Both the position numbers and the translations under genes were made by a program. The notes beneath the pieces are model-generated. The model made no database searches. It saw only the letters and a list, made by a program, of their open reading frames with translations, and was not told the origin of the DNA. This document shows, piece after piece, positions 36,909-46,995 of a DNA stretch of 64,000 bases. The stretch's first letter is position 1; each line of letters opens with the position of its first letter. The DNA comes from a virus (taxonomy: Duplodnaviria > Caudoviricetes): IMG/VR virus record IMGVR_UViG_3300035180_001680; one strand, written 5' to 3'.

Positions 36909-36986
36909 TAAAATATTATATATCTTTTTAATCAAAGAGTCAACTTGATACATCCGTTGATATCCAGTTCACTATAATAATATAAG

Positions 36987-37538
36987 TTACAGGTTGTACT
37001 TCTTTATAAATGTAGGATAAGTCATACTGTCCAAATCTTTTTTAACTTGAGCTTCTAATTTTTTATCTGTTCCAACAAGATCTCTCAGTCTCTTAGTATC
37101 ATACACACATTCTTCAGGAAAATTCTTCATGGCTCCTCTTGCAGTCTCGTCATTAATACTAGCTCCTAATTTCCATCCACTAACCCGTTTTGGATTTTCT
37201 TTTAGGGCACGTTCGAACATTCCTGATGGTAAACGTGATGGCCCTGTGATTGAATCTGGATCTTTTGAACGAAGATCGTTTCGTTCCATAAAAGCTTCAT
37301 ATTCGTTATCAAAAATTTCCATCTCTTTAAATTTGCAATTATCAATTCCACCTGCTGCGTTCACATATTTTGCTTCTGTTCTATCGGCAGCGTTCCGATT
37401 AGCACCAGCTAAGAACGTCTGTCTTAAATTACCCTTTCCATACCCATAATAAGTGCTGTGGTTGTTAGAGTTGGTAACTTTATACACAACCCAGTCTGTA
37501 GTATTTTCTGTTAGAGGAATTAGGTCTTTTAATTTCAT
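36987..37538 (-). CDS. Late protein, MKLKDLIPLTE N-terminus, GIY-YIG-like start
   Basis: WVVYKVTN...YYGYG; ATAAATA upstream. Confidence 0.55.
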   Translation of the reverse strand: MKLKDLIPLTENTTDWVVYKVTNSNNHSTYYGYGKGNLRQTFLAGANRNAADRTEAKYVNAAGGIDNCKFKEMEIFDNEYEAFMERNDLRSKDPDSITGPSRLPSGMFERALKENPKRVSGWKLGASINDETARGAMKNFPEECVYDTKRLRDLVGTDKKLEAQVKKDLDSMTYPTFIKKYNL

Positions 37539-37810
37539 TTGATTGTTCCTTTTAAGTTTGTTGTTTATACCTTTATATTTATTATTAAGTTTTAAGAAAA
37601 ATACATCATGCCAGCAATAAACACAACCCCACTCCAAACATTTGGTACTATTCCAACATATACATCCGTATCCAGATATTATGTTAATGGGACACCATCG
37701 GTCGTTTTTGCTGTGTACCGTAGGGTCAATTACCACATCTGGATTTAGGGTATTGCATTATGAAAATCAAGTAACAACCGACGCCGGTCCAAGGTCTTCA
37801 TTCTTGGTGT

Positions 37811-38188
37811 TCAGTTAACATTAAATTGTTGTAACGCTCTTTCAGTTCCCACACCAATAAGATATTTTGTATCTCTATAGTGTGGGTTCTTTTCGAGTAA
37901 TTCTGTTGTTTCTTCACGCGCCGTATTTAATACAGCCACAATATCATCAATAAGGTATTGCGCGTGAACTTCACCGTTTTCATTTAAAATATCAAAAGCC
38001 CAAATTGTGTTATCAAATTTGGTGTCTGCTAATGAACACCTTGCAGACCAGTTTTCTGGATACAGATATACTATAGCCGTTAAAATAACGGTTCGTGCTT
38101 TGTTAAATGCTTGTATAAAACGTTGAATGTTTAAATCTATATCTTCGACGTTTTCGGTATTCAAATTTTGTTCAAGAATATCAGACAC
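37811..38188 (-). CDS. Hypothetical protein
   Basis: ORF with RBS. Confidence 0.5.
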   Translation of the reverse strand: MSDILEQNLNTENVEDIDLNIQRFIQAFNKARTVILTAIVYLYPENWSARCSLADTKFDNTIWAFDILNENGEVHAQYLIDDIVAVLNTAREETTELLEKNPHYRDTKYLIGVGTERALQQFNVN

Positions 38189-38248
38189 ATCAATTCGGTC
38201 CTATAAAATTTTTAATATTGTACTCGTTTTATAGTTATCTGTCAACGA

Positions 38249-38884
38249 TTAATTTTTGGAAGGTCCAAGAACTTGTCTCTTGAATTCTGTCAAATGTTGT
38301 TTATCTTTTGGAGAGTTGGTTTTTACATGGTGTCCGGTTTTAAAATCTCTCCATGCGTATCCGTATTTTTTTCCAAGAAATTTAAAATCTCCTTCTCGAG
38401 CCATCAACGCAAAAAGATATTGTTCTGTACGAAATTCTAACCCACGTTCTAAATATTCGTCTTTCACTTTATCGAACACAGAACGTCTCATTATGCATAA
38501 TTGATGAACAGGGATTGGTGTTTGAATGTGATACTCTCTTGTCCACTCTGTTGTTTCACTGTAAAATTGTCTTCTTATGTTTTTATACGGATTGACTATA
38601 AAAGAGTTAGTATATACACCTGAAAGTGTTTTATCTTTTTCCATTTCTTCCAAACACGCATGAAATGCTTCTGGAAACACATAATCGTCGTGGTCTACGT
38701 GACAAATGTATTCAGCCGAACCTGTACCATAGCCTACGCATCGGGCTTTTTTGAGAGGTGATATATCATCAACGAAATGTATGTTTATTAAATGTGAAGC
38801 AGGTTCTATAGATTTTAGACACTGTTCATATAGTTTTTTATCATAATCACCAAACCTACATATGTGAACGTCTATTTTATTCAT
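38249..38884 (-). CDS. GT2-family glycosyltransferase
   Basis: AEYICHVDHDD (DxD), downstream of fibre genes. Confidence 0.75.
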   Translation of the reverse strand: MNKIDVHICRFGDYDKKLYEQCLKSIEPASHLINIHFVDDISPLKKARCVGYGTGSAEYICHVDHDDYVFPEAFHACLEEMEKDKTLSGVYTNSFIVNPYKNIRRQFYSETTEWTREYHIQTPIPVHQLCIMRRSVFDKVKDEYLERGLEFRTEQYLFALMAREGDFKFLGKKYGYAWRDFKTGHHVKTNSPKDKQHLTEFKRQVLGPSKN

Positions 38885-38885
38885 T

Positions 38886-39206
38886 TTATTTTTTACCTTT
38901 TAAATAAGAACATGTTTGGCAGTATGGAGGAATAACATTAACGTTAAATGTGCTCGTATGAGTTTCATAATTAACATATTGGGTTCTATCTTTCATAAAT
39001 GGACAAGGATATTTATGTCCGTTTCCGTATGCAATAGAACTATATGTACTTGCAACAGGTAACCCAGATTGTGTCCAATTTATTCCATCAGGACTTACAG
39101 CTGAAACTTTTGTTGCTCCATAACCAACAGTTACAAATTTTCCATTTCCATAAACAATAGAAAACTTTGTTCCAAAGTTCACCACATGTTCCTGATTTTC
39201 CCCCAA
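38886..39206 (-). CDS. Fibre-associated repeat fragment
   Basis: YGNGKFV...SPDGINWT repeat. Confidence 0.5.
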   Translation of the reverse strand: MGENQEHVVNFGTKFSIVYGNGKFVTVGYGATKVSAVSPDGINWTQSGLPVASTYSSIAYGNGHKYPCPFMKDRTQYVNYETHTSTFNVNVIPPYCQTCSYLKGKK

Positions 39207-39228
39207 AGTGATACAAAAATTCCAGGTA

Positions 39229-40071
39229 TCATTTTATATCATTCAGAATTTGACAAATTGCAAAATTTCCTGATGGACTTACCATATAACTCAACACATC
39301 AACTGCGTTTGCTGTTGGTGTTAACGTTGGAGCAATACCACCAGCAAACTTCCAGTATGAATTAAAGGTTAAAGTTCTCGGAGTTGTTCCATTTTGAATT
39401 ACGATTATTCCACCCTGACCAGCACTAGAATTAACAGGAGAGTTGAGTGTTGAATTTTCTGTCATAACAACGGAGAAGTTGTTTCCTGAATCCATATCTA
39501 GACCGATAATTCCTCCAGAAGAAAACAAATAAACATATTGTCCACGTTGGCCTGCTGTCCATATATTAGATTGAGACGTTATCAAACTACTTGGATTTGC
39601 CCAATATTGATGTCCACCTGAATCAGATATTATAACTGTGTTTGGAGGACTTGTTGTATTTGTTCCAAAATTAATACCAGTAGTAACATTCAATTTATTA
39701 GTGCTTATAATTCCTGAATTGGTTATATTAGTAGATGTTATATTATCAGAAGTTAAAGTTCCATTAACAATAGTTGAAGAGTTAATTGTATCAACGGTTA
39801 ATGTATAAACCGTTGAAGAGAAAGGTAAAGTGTCAATCTCTAATGTGCTATATTGAGAAGAATCAATTGAATATGAGACTGCTGAAGGAGTTACAAAGGT
39901 TGTAGGTCCCGATGCTACAGCTGTTAATAACCACTCTTCACCCGATATTAATGAATTTATGTTATTGGAAAGTAGTGTATCTACACTTGTTTCAATAAAA
40001 TCATCTGGTAAAATGTGAAAAGAGCAAAAATTAAAAGATCCTACTATTGTACTTGTTGTTGGTGTTGGCAC
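39229..40071 (-). CDS. Tail fibre-related protein
   Basis: Ser/Thr-rich; C-terminal LTFNSYWKFAGGIAPTLTPTANAVDVLSY domain. Confidence 0.7.
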   Translation of the reverse strand: MPTPTTSTIVGSFNFCSFHILPDDFIETSVDTLLSNNINSLISGEEWLLTAVASGPTTFVTPSAVSYSIDSSQYSTLEIDTLPFSSTVYTLTVDTINSSTIVNGTLTSDNITSTNITNSGIISTNKLNVTTGINFGTNTTSPPNTVIISDSGGHQYWANPSSLITSQSNIWTAGQRGQYVYLFSSGGIIGLDMDSGNNFSVVMTENSTLNSPVNSSAGQGGIIVIQNGTTPRTLTFNSYWKFAGGIAPTLTPTANAVDVLSYMVSPSGNFAICQILNDIK

Positions 40072-40085
40072 TTGTCATTCTCCTT

Positions 40086-43000
40086 TTATAGATATCCACC
40101 GCCACCAACCGCACAATTCCCCACAGAAAATAGTACGTTGGCAACCGGTATTTTTACAGTCATCATTTGGCTAGTATTTGTTCCTGCTCCATTTTGGTGC
40201 GTGTATCCTGTAACTGCTATTTGATTATTACGAACATCCAAACAACGATTTGAGAAATTCCACAACAAACCTTCTGGACTTGCAAAACCTATATCGGAAG
40301 ACCAATCAAGAGTTAGACTTGGAAGACTTATTTTTAGTATTGACCAGTCACTACCAAATGTATTCGTTTGAGGATTTCCAACAGCTATTAATTCAGTTGG
40401 AGTTGCCACAATTTCATAGAGTTGACTATAATTTCCATGAGAATTGTCATATGTTCGAGATGTCACCAACTCACCTATCGTAGCTGTTATTCCTGCACCT
40501 TGTGTGGCAATATATTCACATATACAGAAGTTGGTCGATCTTTGAGTGAAAGCTTGTCCACACACATAAATTGAAGTTCCCCCAGAGTTGTGTAATGTAC
40601 TTCCAATCCCAAGAGTTATACCCGAAAATGTCTTATAGTTAACTAAGTTACCAGCCGCATCATACGCTTGATCATTTATGTGAGTAGCGTCTCCAGATAC
40701 ATCACTTAAGCTAATCCACTGTCTATTTCCTGCCGAATCATAAGCTGCAACAAAACCGTTGTTACTGGAATTGGACAATGAATCCTTAGTAAATAAATTT
40801 CCACACACATATATCTGATTCAGAGAAGGATTATATGTTATTCCTGTTAAACGACAATCACCCCTCGATGATGTTGAATCTTGAATCAACTGTTGCCATA
40901 TAACGGAACCATCGACACCCGACAGTTTTACAATTAAACCAGCGTTCATTTGAAGTCCTGTATTGTCTGGATTTTTAATTATTAAAAATCCACCAGCGTA
41001 AACGTCATTTACGGAATCGACTACAATGTCTGTGATTTGGGGTTGATACGTTCCTGGAGAAGAATTTATATCAATGTTTTGAGTAATACCCACCTGCCAC
41101 AAGACGTCACCATTTGAATTTAATTTGAGTATGGGTTGCGTATTCGATGTACCATAAGAATTAACATTTACTGCCATAATTATGTTATCTTGAGAGTCAA
41201 TCGCACTAGCATCTGCTGTTGCTGTTGATCCAGATGTCCCATTATTATCACTTATAAGTTGTTGCCATACAGTATTTCCTGCAGAATCGACCTTAATTAC
41301 CAATACACTTGTAAGAAAACCTTGATTTACAGAACCAAGAGTTATAATGTTTCCCAAACTGTCAATTTTTACAGTTGAACCTTCAGTTCCGTACGATGTC
41401 AATGCTCCACTTTCAACAACAGATACCCAAGAATCTGGTGTTCCACTGAAAAACCGAATATGTCTTGTATCAGTTGTCATAACGAGTCTACCATCAACAA
41501 CGTATGACATAGTTCCATTAGTTCCAGAATCTGTAATCGTTAATGATGTATCCTCTTGAAAAATCATGTTACTTGCACCGGATGAAAGTGTCCAAGTTCC
41601 TGGTCCGGTTTTTGTTAATACACCTGTTGTTCCAGTTGCGAGATTGGAAATTGCTGTTAAATTAACGTTGAGTGGTTGACCGTCGGTTATCCCATAACCA
41701 GCAAGAGTTGTAGGTTTCCATAATACAGAAGTCCAATCAGGAGTAATTGTAATAGGGGTTCCAGTTGCTGTTACACGTCCTTTCGCGTCGACGGTAAATG
41801 GGGTAGAAGTTAGAGCACTGTTGTTATATGTTCCAGCTGCAACTCCGCTGTTTGAAAGAGTAGTTGTAATACCACTTGTACCCGAACCACTAATATCACC
41901 CGACAAGGTAATTGTTTGATTAGCAGCACTATCGACGTACTGTTTTGTAGCAGCTTGTAGATTAGCAACTGGGTTTGCATTCAAAGTCAAGAAACCCGTC
42001 ATCGTGTCGCCAGATTTAGAGACCTTATCAGAGAGGTCTGACATAATTAGAGTTAACGTTGTATCTAAGGGGGTTCCTTGATAGAAAACATCAGTTGATT
42101 GGTGTGTGTGAGCCAGTGGTGTTCTCGCATCCGACATTCTTGGGTCATTATCTCCAACAGCGATTGGAGTGTTTAAATTAAGTGGATCTAGAGATAATTC
42201 AGTGATACCAATAACAGAACCAGAAGCTTTTTGAGTTACGACAGTATTGGTTACAGCACCCGCATCATTGAAATATCCTTGACCAAATATAATTGAGGTT
42301 GGTGATATCACTCTGGCAATTGGCTGTTGAAAACCTCTCGTAGGGGTGGCTATCCCGGGATTTACGTCAGTTAGTTGACCGTTAGAGTCAATCCATATTT
42401 TTGCATTTGGTGTTTGCCAATCCCAAGCAGGATTAGTAATCATTCCTTGGATTGTAACAAATAAACTTTCTCCGTATGTTGCACTATCAATAGCCATACC
42501 TATAAACCCAGCTGTTGTGTCTTCATAGTTAGCCAAATAATAATCATTGAAATATTCTAACTTCACTGCTGAATAAGAAGGAATACTTTCTCTTGCAATC
42601 CCGACAACAATAGAAGTTTCAAGTTCTGCCGTCCGAACATCAGAATTTTCTATAAAAAACCTATCTTCTGATGTGACGAAAGTCTTGTTAGCTTTTTTAA
42701 TTGGAGTTCCAGTACCGTCTCGTAAAATGCGTCCTGATTTAATAGGAGACGCAACCCCCACTTGTGTTCCAGTAGGATATGGAACAATGATAGAACCATT
42801 TTCAATTTTTGCAGCAAATACTCTAATCTTTGGAGTCCAAGACGAACCACTCCATACCTTCATTGTCATTGAAGAAGTATCAAACCAATGTTGTCCAGTT
42901 GCTGGAATTGTTGGGAACGGGATAGTGGTTTGAAATGGGTCAATAGGACCGAACACGGGAGCTACTGTCGTGAAACCATACGTTACGAGAGCTGTAAGAT

Positions 43001-43238
43001 TATCTATGTCCCAAAAAATCCAAAAATCGGAACTGTTTGAAACAGGAAGACCAGTCCAACGTACAGTCGCATTCTGGCCCAACGGTTCAACGAGAAAATA
43101 TTCTGAACTTTGTTGAGAAAATGTTACGGTTACAGGTTTGTTCGTTGTCGAAAGAGAGATACTATCACTTCCAACAGATGACCAAGATAAAAAATTTGAT
43201 TGATATTGAACCAACCCCTGTCTAAAAGATAACTGCAT
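40086..43238 (-). CDS. Large tail fibre/virion structural protein (1050 aa)
   Basis: SKSGDTMTGFLTL..NP...AATKQYVD, LSGDISGSG, VDAKGRVT fibre motifs; TATAAATA upstream. Confidence 0.75.
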   Translation of the reverse strand: MQLSFRQGLVQYQSNFLSWSSVGSDSISLSTTNKPVTVTFSQQSSEYFLVEPLGQNATVRWTGLPVSNSSDFWIFWDIDNLTALVTYGFTTVAPVFGPIDPFQTTIPFPTIPATGQHWFDTSSMTMKVWSGSSWTPKIRVFAAKIENGSIIVPYPTGTQVGVASPIKSGRILRDGTGTPIKKANKTFVTSEDRFFIENSDVRTAELETSIVVGIARESIPSYSAVKLEYFNDYYLANYEDTTAGFIGMAIDSATYGESLFVTIQGMITNPAWDWQTPNAKIWIDSNGQLTDVNPGIATPTRGFQQPIARVISPTSIIFGQGYFNDAGAVTNTVVTQKASGSVIGITELSLDPLNLNTPIAVGDNDPRMSDARTPLAHTHQSTDVFYQGTPLDTTLTLIMSDLSDKVSKSGDTMTGFLTLNANPVANLQAATKQYVDSAANQTITLSGDISGSGTSGITTTLSNSGVAAGTYNNSALTSTPFTVDAKGRVTATGTPITITPDWTSVLWKPTTLAGYGITDGQPLNVNLTAISNLATGTTGVLTKTGPGTWTLSSGASNMIFQEDTSLTITDSGTNGTMSYVVDGRLVMTTDTRHIRFFSGTPDSWVSVVESGALTSYGTEGSTVKIDSLGNIITLGSVNQGFLTSVLVIKVDSAGNTVWQQLISDNNGTSGSTATADASAIDSQDNIIMAVNVNSYGTSNTQPILKLNSNGDVLWQVGITQNIDINSSPGTYQPQITDIVVDSVNDVYAGGFLIIKNPDNTGLQMNAGLIVKLSGVDGSVIWQQLIQDSTSSRGDCRLTGITYNPSLNQIYVCGNLFTKDSLSNSSNNGFVAAYDSAGNRQWISLSDVSGDATHINDQAYDAAGNLVNYKTFSGITLGIGSTLHNSGGTSIYVCGQAFTQRSTNFCICEYIATQGAGITATIGELVTSRTYDNSHGNYSQLYEIVATPTELIAVGNPQTNTFGSDWSILKISLPSLTLDWSSDIGFASPEGLLWNFSNRCLDVRNNQIAVTGYTHQNGAGTNTSQMMTVKIPVANVLFSVGNCAVGGGGYL

Positions 43239-43335
43239 ATACGGCTCCTAATCATTATACTTCACATAAGATATTTATAAAATTATGTTGACGTTTTAAT
43301 TTATATGTTTTATCATTTAATTTGACATTTAGGAG

Positions 43336-43692
43336 TTGTGTATGGCTAGACCAAAAGGTAGCAAGAACAGAAATAAAGAAAATGTTATCGAAGCAGTTCA
43401 AACAGAAAAACGTCCTCGGGGGCGTCCTCGTAAAATACCAACAGAGTTAGTTGAAGTTAAAGAAAAGCGTCCTCGAGGACGTCCTCGTAAGAATCAAATT
43501 AATTCAAAAGTTCAACCTAATACAAATTTAGAAGAATTCCCTGAAAAGAGTATATCAAAAAATTCTTTACCTGAAATAGAAGAAGATTATAGTTCCGTGA
43601 TGGATAGTTATTCAACAACTCGTTGGACGTCTGATGATTGGAGTGGAAGTAATTTTGATAATTTTTCGATTGGTTCTGATTACATGTATTAA
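43336..43692 (+). CDS. AT-hook DNA-binding protein
   Basis: RPKGSKN and two KRPRGRPRK. Confidence 0.7.
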   Translation: MCMARPKGSKNRNKENVIEAVQTEKRPRGRPRKIPTELVEVKEKRPRGRPRKNQINSKVQPNTNLEEFPEKSISKNSLPEIEEDYSSVMDSYSTTRWTSDDWSGSNFDNFSIGSDYMY

Positions 43693-43877
43693 CCGTGTTT
43701 GGTTTTCATGTTATAACTATCAAGTAAAGCAATAGGGACTGGTGAAACCAGTCCCTTTCTATGTAAAAAACATATTTGGTTAAGAAAATCAGAGTAATAC
43801 GTTGGATGAAGAGCAATTCCCTTCGCGAGGTATAGCTGTAAAATATCACAACTTACCCTATCCCGCATATAAACTCC

Positions 43878-44114
43878 TTAATGAATAGAATCGTAGTATC
43901 GTTTCTTTATGTTAGAAATACATTTCTTTTGAGCAGATGTAGATAGGTGTTCGAATTTAGGATCATTGTCAAGCATTACGTCTATCGCTTCGTCGAAGGA
44001 CATTTTATCATTCTCGATCATGTCCGCTAATGTCTCGACCCATAACTTATAGTCTGCTTCTGATACATTTGAGTATTCATCTTTGGTGGTTTCGAGGAGT
44101 TGGTTTAATTTCAT
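43878..44114 (-). CDS. Hypothetical late protein, MKLNQLLE N-terminus
   Basis: TATAAATA upstream. Confidence 0.6.
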   Translation of the reverse strand: MKLNQLLETTKDEYSNVSEADYKLWVETLADMIENDKMSFDEAIDVMLDNDPKFEHLSTSAQKKCISNIKKRYYDSIH

Positions 44115-44200
44115 TTTGTTTCCAGTATAGAGAGTGAACGTATTTATACTAAAGTCAAACAGTTGTTTAAAATAAATCCACTCTCCAACATAACGCTTGG

Positions 44201-44686
44201 TTACGTTTGTGTTTCGGGTGTTGGATCCACGCTGCGCCAAACCATTAAAACACCTTCCTGTTTTCGAACGTTTACGTGCCCTGGAAGTCCTGTTTTATCA
44301 AACCGTTTGAATTGGCGAAGAACAGGCATCGAAATTCCATATTTTTCGATGAATTGTTCTGCAGGAACAGGAGTTTCGGTGATGGCTAAGAACGCTGTTT
44401 GAATTTTATCACCCTTACGCCCGCGCTTTTTTTCGGTAGTCGTGGAAGCTATGTTTTTGATTTTTGGTTTATTGGAACTTACACGCCCAAACAAAACTCC
44501 ATAAGGTTCAACGTTTAAAGTTGTATCTACTTGAAAAACGCCCTTTGAAATTAGTGCTTTTGCAGTATTAAGTTCTTGAGAAGTAACCCCAAGAACCGTA
44601 CACGCTTGATCGTCAGATGGATGGTATGCGTTAATTAGGGCAAAACGCTGACCCCAAGAGAGATTTGTAATTGAAATGTTCGTCAT
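44201..44686 (-). CDS. Hypothetical basic protein
   Basis: ORF behind a TTGACC promoter. Confidence 0.55.
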   Translation of the reverse strand: MTNISITNLSWGQRFALINAYHPSDDQACTVLGVTSQELNTAKALISKGVFQVDTTLNVEPYGVLFGRVSSNKPKIKNIASTTTEKKRGRKGDKIQTAFLAITETPVPAEQFIEKYGISMPVLRQFKRFDKTGLPGHVNVRKQEGVLMVWRSVDPTPETQT

Positions 44687-44779
44687 AATTTGTTTTCCTT
44701 TCGTTGCTGGTTAAATGAGGTTAGTTCTCATTGTTAATATAATATATCAAAAAATATTTAAGGTCAACACAGTGATCAA

Positions 44780-44806
44780 CAAAAAAGGCGCCAAAGCGCC
44801 TTTTTT
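44780..44806. terminator. Bidirectional intrinsic terminator
   Basis: AAAAAAGGCG-CCAAAG-CGCCTTTTTT. Confidence 0.75.
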
Positions 44807-44825
44807 GTGTGAGTAATGTTATATT

Positions 44826-45420
44826 TTATTTGGTTATTGTCCACAAATCGCTTGCTAAATTTCGATCTACCACGTATTGATATGGCATTGTAAAGTATCC
44901 ACCCTGCCCCCCAACTTGCCCCCCAAAAAATTGCGGACGATTACTCGTTGAGTAGTATTATCATATCCCACCATAAGAACAGCGTGTCCTCCTTGACATT
45001 GTTCACCATCAACAGGCATTATTCAGTATTCCCGTTTGGGCTACTTGATCACTTTCAAAACTACCGAAAACTGTAAACCCGAATATGATAGGATAACCTG
45101 AAGTCAAAACTTGTTTAATACCGTTTACACCGTTTGAACGATCTACACGAGCATAAGCTGAAATTTTTTCTTGAGAGTGCATCAGAATAAGCGGAATCAA
45201 CAGGTTTAATGGCGAAACGATAAGTTAAGTATGGACAAACATCTTCTGAACACACACCAAATGTTGCTAACGTTTGGATTCCACCACAAATTCTTGCACC
45301 AGCATCTTTAGTAATTGTTCCTTCCATGTTGCGTTCATTGTAATAAACAAATAACCTACTTAAGTCAGCAAATTTATTATTTAATTCAAATTCGTTTGTC
45401 TTATTTTCAAGAAACTCCAT
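44826..45420 (-). pseudogene. Frameshifted papain-like (C1) cysteine protease
   Basis: SRLFVYYNER, GYPIIFGFTVF, GGHAVLMVGYD and NxWG segments spread over different frames. Confidence 0.75.
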
Positions 45421-45455
45421 AAAAAATTACATTTTAAACTAACACCGCAAACCTT

Positions 45456-46244
45456 TCAACGATTGATTGAGTAATCATATAAGGCTGAAAATATTTTTGA
45501 TACGTTATGATTGTAAAAACCTGATGAGTTAATACAGTTAAATTCTATAACCTTTATTTTGTCATCGACAAGAGCTGTGTCCATAACACAACACGGACTT
45601 GGTACCCACTTATCGGCGAATTTTTGTGCTTCTTTTATAACGCCAGTTTCCGTTTCATGATTTTTAATTAATCGTCCATTTGCACGGTACATGGAACCGT
45701 CAACAATTTCCCCTCCAACAACAAACCAACGCCATTCAGCTTGAATCGTCTGTGGTTCAGCAAGAACAATCATCGTTTCCGGTTCCATTTTATAAGTACC
45801 AGACATGTCACATTCCATTGCATCTTTGAGCCATTCTCTACATTCTTTCGCTTCAATAATTTGTCCAGAAAATTGTTTCAGATCTTCTGAAGGACGAATA
45901 AACCAAAGTTCGTTATCTGGTCTCGTGTGTAAAAACTCAATCGTCACGTTCAATGGTTTAATGAACTGTGCATTCATCATATCGTCACGGTTGGATGCAG
46001 CAGCTTCGTAATTGAATTTAGCTAAATCAAAATAGAGACCTTCCCATTTTAATTCATAATCAAGGTTTGTTAATAGTGTTGAACCATAAGGAATGTATTT
46101 GGTTCCTGTTAATGGTTCGGTTGAAGTTATTTCTCGAGAGAAAGGAATTAATCCAACAAATTCATGTGGGTAGTGTTCAACAGCAGCTTTTGTTAACTGA
46201 AGTTGTTCTTTATCCATTAAATTGTGTTGAATAAGAAATTTCAT
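45456..46244 (-). CDS. ATP-grasp domain protein (DUF4343-like)
   Basis: FIRP..DLKQFSG, EWRWFVVGG, VMDTA, VIEFNCINSSGFY. Confidence 0.8.
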   Translation of the reverse strand: MKFLIQHNLMDKEQLQLTKAAVEHYPHEFVGLIPFSREITSTEPLTGTKYIPYGSTLLTNLDYELKWEGLYFDLAKFNYEAAASNRDDMMNAQFIKPLNVTIEFLHTRPDNELWFIRPSEDLKQFSGQIIEAKECREWLKDAMECDMSGTYKMEPETMIVLAEPQTIQAEWRWFVVGGEIVDGSMYRANGRLIKNHETETGVIKEAQKFADKWVPSPCCVMDTALVDDKIKVIEFNCINSSGFYNHNVSKIFSALYDYSINR

Positions 46245-46450
46245 TTATTTAACTCCTCTCACTATAATATAACCAATCGCGCCGTCCGCACACATCACAT
46301 TTATACCCTTCTGTGTCCATGTCTTTATCTTTTGGGTCTCTTTTCATATTTGGACAATCGTGAATTTCGTATCCAGGGCGAATTTTGTCTTTGTTGATAC
46401 ATCAAGGACGACAATCTTGATTTATTTGCACGATTTACTTCTATTGTGTT

Positions 46451-46538
46451 TGGCGGAAGTAGTAGGATTTGAACCCACGTGCCCTTTCGGACCATCTGCT
46501 TTCAAGGCAGCGCCAATAAACCGCTCTGGCATACTTCC
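46451..46538 (-). tRNA. tRNA-Ser(UGA)
   Basis: CTGC-CTTGAAA-GCAG; long V-arm; CCA. Confidence 0.9.
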
Positions 46539-46626
46539 AATACTATTTACTCGAACAACTTTGTCCCCAATAACAAATTCTTTCTCCAACACACCGACCA
46601 GTTTCTTTCCAAACCAATCTCCCTCT

Positions 46627-46980
46627 TTAACTCGTTACAACATCGCTGTCTCCTGTTACAGGAATAATTTCCATTAAAGTTTTGTTCGTTGAGTTTTGTT
46701 CATTTGCTTCTCGAATCTGTTCCGCAAATGACGCATACACACTACCCATTAAACCACTCATACGTTCAGACCCCTTATAACAAACATACACGGAACCAGA
46801 AGAATTTGTAAATTCATAACGGTCATCGAATTCTTCTTGTTGTGTAATACCTGAACTTAACTTCCAACTGTCACCATTAAGGTATCCACCATACCAACCT
46901 GCAAAAATCTTTTCTATTTCTCCAAATTCATCATTTGTGAATTTGACCTTAACCCAACAATCTGGTGTATATTTACTCAT
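46627..46980 (-). CDS. Hypothetical phage protein
   Basis: KIFAGWYGGYLNGDSWKLSSG. Confidence 0.65.
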   Translation of the reverse strand: MSKYTPDCWVKVKFTNDEFGEIEKIFAGWYGGYLNGDSWKLSSGITQQEEFDDRYEFTNSSGSVYVCYKGSERMSGLMGSVYASFAEQIREANEQNSTNKTLMEIIPVTGDSDVVTS

Positions 46981-46995
46981 ATTATATTCCAAAAG

